A stretch of DNA of 64,000 nt, taken from the NCBI GenBank assembly GCA_036785375.1, contig JAWMAR010000023.1, positions 6,634,001 to 6,698,000 on the forward strand, written 5' to 3'. This DNA is from Leucoraja ocellata. Lineage: Eukaryota. A program made the position numbers and the translations under genes. This document shows, in pieces, positions 53,300-63,719 of the stretch. Numbering within the stretch: position 1 is the stretch's first letter; each line of letters opens with the position of its first letter. The notes under the pieces were generated by a model. The model did no database searches. It was not told the origin of the DNA and saw only the letters and a list, made by a program, of their open reading frames with translations.

Positions 53300-53512
53300 C
53301 AAGTTATCTTCCGAATTCCACTGGATTAAGGATGGATTGATGCTGATCTTTCTTGTAGCTGGCATGTATGAACCAATAGTCTTAAAGTCGACTCCGACTC
53401 TCGTCCAATCCCATGAAACAATGTCATAGCCAACTGGTGGGTCTCCGTTCTCATCAAAATAGAGAGTGTAATCTTGAAGGTTAAATTTCACCGTCTTTAA
53501 TCTGCTGAGTAA
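53300..53512 (-). CDS. TAS1R1-like: T1R receptor A exon 4
   Basis: acag|LLSRLKTVKF...YFDENGDPPVGYDIVSWDW...IQWNSEDNL|gtgaga, 213 nt. Confidence 0.95.
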
Positions 53513-54385
53513 CTGTCACACAAATAATTGAATGCAAATACATGATATCAACATTGAGATTGGGCAGTTCAACCAGTAGGTTTGACATTGTTTATAATTC
53601 ATTCAGTCATCACTGAAATTCTAAATATCACCGGTGTTTGGCTCAAATTCTTTAATTCTACTCGACTGATTTTCCTTACTACTATTTGAGTTTGATTATC
53701 TATTTAATTATGTTTTTGTTGAATTAATTATTGAAAGGTGAGCATTTGGATGTTAAATTTATTAATTGTGATTACGTTTCAGGTTAGATTAGGGGCAAAT
53801 TCTGAGATTTAATGATTTACTTGTCAAGGGCAAGTCTTAAGATCAATTGCTAGGTAATGGCTCACAGTTAAATCTTAAAATTCAAGTTTAAAATATGTCT
53901 TGGGGTTCATTATGCATTCAGTTTTAGGATGTAGACACAGGTACTGCAGATGCTAGTTTACAAAAAAAAAACACGGCAGTCTGAAGAAGGGTCTTGACCC
54001 AAAACGTCACCCATTCCTTCTCTCCAGAGATGCTGCCTGTCCCGCTGAGTTACTCCAGCATTTAGTGTCTACCTTCAATTTAAACCAGCATCTGCAGTTC
54101 TTTCCTACACAAAAGGGAAACTGGAGAGTTGGAAATTTTGGGTAAGGGATATGAGCAGTGGATGAAGTTCAGGAAGATGATGAGGTGAAATTGAGGGATA
54201 TGGGTAGTAAACAAAGTTGGGGGGGATGGGGATAAGATAAAACTGAGGAATAAATGAGGGTGAATGGGATGGATGTGTTAATAAACAGGTTTGTTGTGCA
54301 CGAAGGGCTTCTCTGATTTCCATTAATTTTGACGCTCTCATATATCTGCCTAAATGTGAATCACACTGGATGGGCATACACCTAC

Positions 54386-55144
54386 CTGCCATGGGAGGAA
54401 GCTTTGTGTTCTATCACACTGTGTCGCATTACATTGGAGTAGATCGTGCAATGCATGGGCCACAGCATACACAGCTGAGTATACATTGTGTGAGATTCTC
54501 TTCTCCAGGCTGGGTGATGAAAAGTTTAAATGCTTAGCCTTCAGCCAATCACATTCTTGATCACAGGTGCCTCTGTTAATGGTACACTCTCCCAATCTTA
54601 GGCCTGGCACGATCCCTGAGTAAATGTGGTTCAGAGGTTTGTCTAGGAATTCCTTAAAGTGTGTCAATTCCCCTTCCTTAACCGCTATGCCAATAACAGT
54701 CCCAATACTCTCAATTCTTGGTATTTTTGTTATCTCCTCCGACAATGAAATGGCCTCACTTACGATCCACACTTTGGAAGTAAGATTTTGAGCCACAACA
54801 AAACTGAAAAATACTTGTGCTATTAACTTATTGGAAAAGAGAATTGTAACATTGACAGTGCTGCTGATGTTGTTAATGACTTGGTTGATAATCTCGGGGG
54901 AAGTAGAGATGATACCCTGATACGCAATGCAAGTCCCCAGCGCCGAGGCCATTTCCACCACTTTGGTTAGTCCATTGCGTCCATATTCATTGTCACTGCC
55001 AACAACAGCAATCCAGTTCCAATGGAATTCCTGGATCAGTAAAGCCATGGCTTCTACTTGATTCTTGTCACTCGGAATAGTCCGGAAAAATGACGGGAAA
55101 CGCATTTTGTCACTCAGAATCTCACCAGATGCCAGGTAGCTAAT
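54386..55144 (-). CDS. TAS1R1-like: T1R receptor A exon 3 (Venus flytrap domain)
   Basis: ctgcag|ISYLASGEILSDKMRFPSFFRTIPSD..Q...FHWNWI...YSAVYAVAHALH.LL.C...PWQ|gtaggt, 759 nt. Confidence 0.96.
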
Positions 55145-55687
55145 CTGCAGAAGCGGAACAAATACCTACGTTAATGCAGAATTTCACAAACAATGAGGTA
55201 TCTTTATGTGCATTTACTGTCAACTCATAGTAAGACAATCTGTGTAAGATTGCATAAAAAGCAATAAAGGAATAAAAATGAACAAATGATTTGCCAATAA
55301 TTGAAACAAACACCAGGAAGAATTCCCTTACTCTTTATCACATATTATGTGCCATAATATCTTTAATATTCGCCTGTGAGGGCAGAAGTGGCCTTACCTG
55401 AAAGGTAGTTATCTGCCAGTGCAACTACCCATATTGCTGCATTGCTCTCCCGGTAGGGATTCTTATGTTCAAGTCCATTTTGGTTCAGAGATGTGCCACC
55501 ACTAAGAAATATACTCATCCAGAGTAAATCACCTTTCCTTCAGGTCGTTCCATCCAAAGTATAATATGGGGTTTACTGATAAAAGTGTTAGGATCCCTAG
55601 CTGCCCTCTTGTTCAGATGATGAACGTACTGCCCGCAATAACATCTCACATGTTTTAATACACCGTTAGCCTAGTCTAATCAGAACA

Positions 55688-55853
55688 AGCTAGAGTAACT
55701 CAGCGGGACAGGTAGCATCTCTGGAGAGGTGAGTGGGTGACGTTTCGGGTCGAGACCCTTCTTTCTCTCCAGAGATGTTGCCTGTCCTACTGAGTTACTC
55801 CAGTTTTTTTGTGTCTATCTTCAGTGTAAACCAGCATCCGCAGTTCCTTCCTA
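55688..55853. mobile_element. fold-back pair of Penelope-derived terminal repeats in T1R-A intron 2
   Basis: gagtaactcagcgggacaggtagcatctctggaga ... tctccagagatgttgcctgtcctactgagttactc forms a near-perfect inverted repeat. Confidence 0.8.
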
Positions 55854-56234
55854 AACAAATCAGGACAATATTACCATATCAAAGGAGATAACAGGAGTGA
55901 CCAAAAATGTGAACTTTAACAAAGCTGTGGAAGGATAAGAGTCATGTGGAGGTCGTAGAGGGCAGAGGTAAAGGAAAGGGGTCTTTTAGAAATTAGAATC
56001 TGATTAACAGAACATTCGAGCATGGTGAAGTTTGGATGTAATGGGACAGAAGGTATTTTCAAGATTATGGAGGATGAGATATTAAAGTATTTAAACCCAA
56101 GGACAACAATTTAACTTTTGATAAAGGAACCATAAACATACGTAGATTATCATGAACAGTAGGAATGAATAAATTGGGCTTGGTGCAGGATAGCTAACAA
56201 AAAATATAGTTATAGTTGTTCAAAACACTGCAGA

Positions 56235-57036
56235 TGCCACATTCTGAGTATTGTGTTCGGTTTTGTTAACACTACTAAAGGGACAATGTCATTATGCTGG
56301 AAAGACTGCAGAGATGATTCACAATGACGTTGCCAGGACTTGAGGGCCTGAGCCATCGGAGGAGATTGGGGAAGCTAGGATTTTATTCCTTTGAGGGTGT
56401 GAGGCTAAGGGTGATCTTATAGAGGTGTATACAATTGTGAGGGGAATTGATAGGGCGAATGCACAGAGACTTTCACTCTGGAGAAACAGAGAACACAGGT
56501 TTAAGGTGATAGGTGCCTGAGAGGCAACTTTTTCAGAGGGACGTGGATATAGGGAATAAGCTGCCAGAGGAGGTACAATAACAACATTTAAAAGATACAT
56601 AGACAGGTACATGGATAGGAAAGGTTTGGGGGGATATGGGCCAAATGCACGCAAATGGGATAAGCTGTAATGGGGATAAGCTGTACTTGGTTGGCATGGA
56701 TAAATTGGGCGAAAGGTCTGTTTCTGCATTGTATGACTGACTCAATGAGATTACCTAAAATTTACAAAAGTAAAAGGATAGGAAGGTTACCATCAGAAGA
56801 GTGTGTCTTTACTCAAAGAGTGGTAGCTGTATGGAATGAGCTTCCAGAGGAACTGGTGAAGGCAGGTTCGTCTTTATCATTTAAAAATAAATTGGATAGG
56901 TATATGGAGGGGAAAGGAATGGAGGGTTATGGTCTGAGTGCAGGTAGATGGAACTAGGTGAGACTAAGTGTTCGGCACGGACTAGAAGGGCCGAGATGGC
57001 CTGTTTCCGTGTTGTAATTATTATATGGTTATATGG
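56235..57036 (+). mobile_element. two adjacent CR1 3' fragments in T1R-A intron 2
   Basis: FTQRVVAVWNELPEELVKAG...FKNKLDRYM; (ttatatgg) tail. Confidence 0.85.
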
Positions 57037-57801
57037 TCATTAAGATTGTAGTAGGAGGCAGGGCCATTAGCTGTTATAAAAATAGAGATTAGGCTTGGTT
57101 GCCTTATGAATTTAAACGCATGATGTAAAGCTTAAACAGGAACCAAAGAACTTTACTGGCTCAGCCAAAGGTAGAAGACATAAAAAGAGGTGAGGTATCG
57201 AGAAGGTATAAAACATGTAATCTTGTAGACAGCAGCTTCCATAGTCCAAATGTTGAGATGGAAGAATTTACAAATGTATTGAAGACTGGATGTCAGAAGA
57301 GTCGAGGAACCTGTGGTATTGTGAATACAGTCATGAAACTGGATATAATACAGTGGAATGTTTTGCATAAATAACATTAGTACTTTTAAGCCTTGTCGAC
57401 AGATGTCACTGCCAAGGGCAGCCTATTTCATTTCTGGTATGTGATGAATTTGCTGCTCATGACCTGGGCAGAGGAAAATCAACCATTTCTAGATCCAATA
57501 ACTGTCCAGTGACATTGGGTGGAAATCCATGATCATGGCCTTCAATATAGTTTGCTAAAGTACCCCGACAAATTGTACAAACATTCAGTACCTAATTTCT
57601 TTAACATAATTTATGGATGTTTACTGAGGCCTTAAACATCTTCAGAAGACCTGATCCTTGTGAAAGCCTTCAGCAGTGATTTTAAATGAGACCATGACAA
57701 CAAAGCCAATTTGAGCATTACGGTAAATTAAGAGAACTGAAACCTGGGCAAACTGCATCTATTGCAGCTCAGACATTAACAAGAATCATGGTGAAACTTA
57801 C

Positions 57802-58105
57802 CTGAGGAATGAGGAAGAAACCTGAAACTCTAGCAATGGTAATTGCTATTTCGCTTGAAGCTGGCCCAATAATAGCGATCACTCTGGGCTGATAGGATGT
57901 ATAATTGTTTAATATCTCCACTTCTGTTCCTTGCTTGCCCGACAGGAATCTGAACATGGTCTGAATATCCACAACTTCAGAGCAACTGTCAGCAATATCA
58001 TAGCCCAGAATAACGCCTGGCAACAGCTCAGTTGAGTTATTAATTTCTTCAAGGGCAAATCTCATTGCTTGGAAATAGATGAACATGTCTTTCTTGAAGA
58101 TTGAC
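57802..58105 (-). CDS. TAS1R1-like: T1R receptor A exon 2
   Basis: cttag|..FQAMRFALEEINNSTELLPGVILGY.I.DSCS...NYTSYQPRVIAIIGPASS...FLIPQ|gtaagt, 304 nt. Confidence 0.96.
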
Positions 58106-58461
58106 CTAAGAAGATATCATTTATTTAAATTAAACTTTTACGGGCAAGAAAATTACTGTATAGCTCAAGAATAACATGGTAGGTAATTTTCACAGGTGTC
58201 AGACATTTGGACAAACATAGGAAAGTGAAACTTGCGAGACAGAAAAACGACCTATCCATTTCACTTACAGGTCATTGAAAATAAAAACGATGTTCCTGAT
58301 TAACATAGGTATATTATCTCGTCTGATGAGTTGAACAGACACAGACATGAGTTGGGAAAATCACTGTGTTGAGGAGCTTTGGGAACCAAAGGTCCGAAGT
58401 CATAAACATACACCACTCGTCGTCAGATGTTTCAGAGTATCAAGTAGACATTTTCTTAAAC

Positions 58462-58870
58462 AAAACACAAAATGGTGGAGAAACTCAGCGGATCAGGCAG
58501 CATCTGTGGAAGGAATGCATAGACAGTTTCAAGTTGGGACTATTCTTCAGAATGATAGGTGTAGAGGGGAGATAGCTGAAAAAGAGGTGGACAAAACCTC
58601 GCCCCAAATCTTCACTCATTCCTTCTCTCCAGAGATGCTGCCTGTCCCGCTGGGTTACTCCAGCTTTTTGTGTCTATCTTCGAGCCACAGGTGAATATAG
58701 GTGAGGAGGGCTTTTGATTGGCAAATGGGTGGCGTAAATGACAAAGGTTAGAGGTGAAAAGGAGACAAAGGGTGTCAGACAAGGAAAGGAGTGAAATTTA
58801 AAGTAGGAAAAGAGTTGTGGGTGGAAAGGGATGGGAGACTCAGTTGGTGAGTGTACGTTTCCCTGAGTTG
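58462..58870. mobile_element. Penelope-derived repeats (opposed copies plus adjacent 3' region)
   Basis: aactcagcggatcaggcagcatc... and cattccttctctccagagatgctgcctgtcccgctg... Confidence 0.7.
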
Positions 58871-60225
58871 CCCAAACAATGAATATATATCTGACCACGT
58901 TTTAACCTGAGATCCCACTTCCAGCAGCTGGATACAATACTTATTGAGATTTATGGCATGGATTCAAGAAATATGAAAAAAACATTCAGATGGAGAGCTG
59001 CTCCTATTCCTAATCCAATGGAACACGTCCACATTGTGAGGCTGACACCTGCCAAACCCAATGTGCAACTCTGAAAAATCCAGGCCAGCAACATTAAGGT
59101 CAAAACATTACTGTCTCCATCTGTGCACTTCAGCTTGATGTGAAAGTGTGATAGCAAGTTCAGGTAGGGTGAAGGAGTGTCCTCAGATGTCAAACTTAGG
59201 AGTGAGATAAAAACACAAGTCGTAGAAAATATTATCATGACTAGAATCAGCAACAATTAGAACAATTAATGTGGAATTCTATGGTTTGAAACATGCAACT
59301 TGTTGGTTGATTCCCATTAAATCTACACTTTCATTAGACCATGACAATGAAATGCCCCAGCTGTAATTCAGTTTTGGATATTTGTTACACCACATATAAA
59401 CCATCTGAATCATTTGACTAGAATGCAACTTATTCCTCGATAATATGTATAAAAAACAACCGTACTTCTCAGTCAGTAACTTTCTTGATGACTTTGAATA
59501 TTCTATTTTTATAATTTATTAATTCATGGCAATTGGACATGACTGACAAGGTCAGCATTTATTACCCATTCTAAATTGTTCTTCAGAAGGTCATGATGAA
59601 TACTTCAAATACAAATAAGGCAATACTATGTGTTGTGCCAGAAGTTAGTGGAGCAATATAGAAACAAAGGCAAGTTCGACTTGGATAGAACTGAAAAGTC
59701 AGAGGTTAGGCTTAAACTGTACGCAAGTTTGATTCAACCACGACCAGGGTAATGGTTGCAGTATTAATCTCTATATTTTAAAGATGATTTTGAGATCATG
59801 GAGAAAGTGCAGAGAATTTTTACAAAGATGATACTAGAAATACGAGGGTGAGAATATCACGAAAGGACAATGTGACTGGATGGCTATCCTCTTGGGCAAA
59901 GTTTGAGCAATGACCCAACTAAAGTTTTAAGATGATGAAAGGTTTTAATTATGTTAATACCCAGAGAATATTTAATTTTGGGGGGAAATCTAACCAGAGG
60001 CCATCATCATAAAACAATCCCTAAGACATTCAATAGGAAATTCTGAATTTCTTGACCAAAGGCGGTGAGAATGTGGAATTTGGTACCATATGGGAGTGGT
60101 TCAAGCAGATTGTATTGATTCATTTAAAGAGAGAAGGACAAGCATTTATGGGACGGAATTATGCTGATCTAAGGAAAGACAGGAGGAGTGGAACAAAGGT
60201 GACAGCAATAATTGGTTATTAATAC

Positions 60226-60360
60226 ATGTGTAGGAAAGAACTGCAGATGCTGGTTTAAATCAAAGGTAGATCGCAAAATGCTGGAGTAACTCAGCGGGGC
60301 AGGCAGCAACTCTGGAGAGAAGGAATGGGTGACGTTTCGGGTCGAGACCCTTCTTCAGAC
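60226..60360 (-). mobile_element. Penelope-derived terminal repeat with consensus minimal hammerhead core
   Basis: Minus strand 60358-60331: CTGAAGA-AGGGTCTCGACCC-GAAA-CG-TC. Confidence 0.8.
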
Positions 60361-60390
60361 ATACTGCCTGTTTCTGAGCTATGTATCCTT

Positions 60391-60498
60391 TGTAATCCTA
60401 CATATATCATGATTGATACAAACAAAACCTGTAATCATACATATAACATGACTGATACAAACAAAACCTGTAATCATACATATAACATGACTGATACA
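60391..60498. repeat. 39-bp tandem repeat (about 2.8 copies)
   Basis: tgatacaaacaaaacctgtaatcatacatataacatgac is exact at 60414-60452 and 60453-60491, with partial flanking copies. Confidence 0.9.
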
Positions 60499-60641
60499 TT
60501 CAGGCCGAACACAAGAACCTCTATACATAAAGACACCAGCAACATACACATAGAGCATGTACATGTATTCATGGTGTGATAGTTATAATATCTCATCAAG
60601 GATGAGTTTTACGCACATAATTTTATTCAGCTGTTACTTAC

Positions 60642-60826
60642 TTCTCACAGCTGGGTACAACAGGCTCTGATCGGTCAACATCTTCAAGTGAGGTAGAGTG
60701 AATAGGAAACAAGCCCCCAATCACATACTCTCCTGGTGAGGTTAATATTCCCGAGCATCCTTCTGAGACAACTCTAATTGGTTCCACTATTGTGGAGTAA
60801 ATATACAGGAGCAAAAGGAAGTACAT
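60642..60826 (-). CDS. TAS1R1-like: T1R receptor A exon 1 (signal peptide; full CDS 2514 nt, 837 aa)
   Basis: MYFLLLLYIYS...PGEYVIGGLFPIH...PSCE AA|gtaagt, 185 nt, phase 2. Confidence 0.94.
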
Positions 60827-62193
60827 TTTGCTACAGAAATGAGATGGAGCTCTCTGTGCTTGGAGGAAGCTGATTTTGCCATTTCAATTTCTTTTAAAGA
60901 ATGCAGTGTGAGGGATGGCTGAAGAGCCAAATGATTGTTTGCATAATATTTCCATAATATTCACTGTTCACTTAAGTTGGCTTTAATGCACATACACCCC
61001 CACATCATCACAAAGATCCCATTCCTCATCTTCAGCTTGTCCCATGATTTAAGTCAAGACTGTTTAATTGTCATAGGTCCTGACAATGGAACAATGACAT
61101 TTTACTTGCAGCAGCTTAATAGACCCATAAATGCAATACACATAAAATATAATATATTTTTAAAATTCAGTAAATTAATAACTAATACCAGTGCAAAACC
61201 CCCCACAGTTTTTAATACAAAGATAGCCCATAGAAGTTCATAGTTGCTGAGGTTAATTTTGTGTAATGTTCAAAATCCCGAAGGTTGTTGGGAGGAAGCT
61301 ATTCTTGAACCTGATGATCATAGTTTTTAGGCTCATGTACGTTTTCCAGATGGTGGGAGCGGAATGATGCAACCACTCGTTATGCTCTCTATCTTGTATC
61401 TGTAAAAGTCCAAAATAGACATTGACATACCGAATCTTGTCAACCTTCTAAGGAAGCATAGGTCTTGATGATCTTCGGAGATATGCATGCCCAGGAACTT
61501 AAAACATGTTGACTCACTCTAATGCCATCTATCAATGAAGACAGGTTTGTGGATTGTTGGCTTTCCCCTCCTAAAATCAACAATCATGTTGGTTTTGCTG
61601 ATGTTGGGGGCAAGATTATTGCTCAGGCACCATTCAATCGAATTTTCAGTCTCCCCCCAAAATTCGAAATGGTTCCATGCTACTCAGGGTTGTTGCAATA
61701 ATGCTGAGAGTTAATATGCAAATTAAAATGTCTCCCCCCCCCCCCCCACCCCCCACCCCCACCACTGTTACCACCATCCTCCGATGTGAAGGCACAATGG
61801 TCTCCATAAAGTCAGTGGTAGGATTAATGGGTTTGCTGGGTAGATGGCTCTAAGGGATTTGATGTTGAAGTTGGAGTTTGGATCGGTGGGTTTAACCTTT
61901 GCCTAAGGGACTTGTTTATCTATTCTTGTTTCTACGTTTGTATCAAACGTTTGTGCCCTTTCCCTTTCTACGAATCAGGTTCATAAAAAAACATTGACCT
62001 TGGATTACTTTTAACCGGAAATATAATTCATTGGTTAGTTGAACATCATTCAGCATGTGTAATATATGCAAATATCCTCAAATTAGGTAATCTAATTATT
62101 TGATTACAAAGAAAACAGATAAAAATGTCCACAAATAAAGTCGTGAATTTTCTGTTTGCACAGTAGGGAAAGACCAATTACTTGTCAGTTAAA
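60827..62193. promoter_or_regulatory. divergent promoter region between two T1R genes, with octamer motifs
   Basis: ATGCAAAC (minus, 60937-60944), ATGCAAAT 61716-61723 and 62066-62073, ETS-like ACCGGAAAT 62014-62022. Confidence 0.6.
61045..61660 (-). mobile_element. degraded Rex1/Babar LINE 3' fragment inside the T1R intergenic region
   Basis: tttaattgtcat...gaacaatgacattttacttgcagcag tail and ggaagctattcttgaacctg / cttctaaggaag.atagg segments shared with 17100-18050. Confidence 0.7.
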
Positions 62194-62390
62194 ATGACTT
62201 GTTACATTTCGCTGTCGGGTTTCCATTTACTGCTGGCCGTGGCTTCTCTAACCGAGGCATCAGGAGTTCATGGAATCAATGCAGAGTACATGGTGTCTGG
62301 AGACTACATCCTTGGAGGACTGTTCCCTTTTCATGAGAATAGCATTGGTCTAGCTCAACGGCTGAAGCCTGAAAGGGTGACTTGTAACAG
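62194..62390 (+). CDS. TAS1R3-like: T1R taste receptor B exon 1
   Basis: aaaATG; hydrophobic signal peptide; GDYILGGLFPFH...R.KP..VTC; AG|gtaaga, 197 nt, phase 2. Confidence 0.92.
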
Positions 62391-63418
62391 GTAAGAAACT
62401 ATCATCTTTAAATTCTCTCCTCACCTGAAGATGTGGACCTTCCACTTGAGTGGTAGGATCCACCTGCCCAGAAGGTGCTTTCCAGGGCTCAGTCCTCCCA
62501 TGACTGTACTTCCCTGATTTTACCGACACCCAAAGTGGCTAACCTGAACATTTTCTTTCAAGCACTCTAGTCTTCTTTTAAAATCAAGATTGAATCCACG
62601 ACTGCCCCTGTCCAGACCCTAACTACTCACTGCATAAAAAGGGCTTATTTCGTATTACATTTTGCCAATTACCTTCATTCTCTGATCACTATGGTAGTGT
62701 AATGATTACGTTTCTGGACGAGCAGCCAGAGATTTGACTCTCACTGTGGCATTTAGAGAATTTAAATTGATTAAATGTCTGGAAATTCATAAAATCTAGA
62801 CTTGGTAATGGTAACCATTGGATGGAACTATTGAAACTATTCAATAGTTCATGAAACTATGAGTGTGCAAGAAATCTAATAGGTTTATTAATGCTTGTGA
62901 TTATCTAGTCTGACCTACACATGACTCTAGATCTATCAATGAGGTGACCTCAACCACCTCTTTAACTCAGGGGCAGTTAGAGGTGCAGAACATATGATGG
63001 CATTGGCAGTGATGTCCACACCCCACAAATAAATTAATTAAATTGACTCTTACCCTTTCCGCCATGATCTGCACTTAAAATTAAAAAAAAATTAACTCTT
63101 AAATGTCCAGAAACCAGCAATGAACAAGTCCAACAGTTTTATACAATAATCAACATTAATTGTCCCATCAGATTCCTTATCTGAGTCCACTGAAGCAGAA
63201 GCAGTGAGGGACTTCCCAGCAGTTGGCATGTGAGCCACTCTTTCCCCTAGGCCAGGCAGCAGTTCAGACGTGTCTGATGGCTCAACATCCTCTAATCCAA
63301 CTTCAACTGGATATATTTTTTCCATCGTATATTCTTCTGTTTGTGTTTCCTCTCCCTCTAATGCAATCATTAGATTTTCTGAGCTGATACCTCAACTTGT
63401 TGTTTATCTCTGTTTCAG

Positions 63419-63719
63419 CTTTTACCCTTATGGTTATGGGATGTTTCTGGCAATGGCGTTTGCGATCGATGAGATAAATAACTCTACCTCCCTATTGCCG
63501 GACATACATCTGGGTTATGAAATCCACGATGACTGTTTCGAGTCACTGGCTTCCATCCTGCCAACTCTTGTATTTTTATCCAGTGACAGAAGGAGTGAGA
63601 TTGATGTGCTCTGCAATTACACAGAGTACAGGAGCAGTGCAATAGCTCTGGTGGGACCATGGACATCGCATCAGGCAATGATCACAGCCAAATTGTTCAG
63701 CTTATTTTTATTTCCACAA
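63419..63719 (+). CDS. TAS1R3-like: T1R receptor B exon 2 (gene continues beyond the window)
   Basis: tttcag|..LAMAFAIDEINNSTSLLP.I.LGYEI.D.C.E...IDVLCNYTEY...GP...ITAKLFSLFLFPQ|gtaagt, 301 nt. Confidence 0.94.

Noticed and set aside
60391-60498. 39-bp repeats as a CRISPR-like array
   Set aside because: Head-to-tail tandem copies without spacers, in a eukaryotic intron
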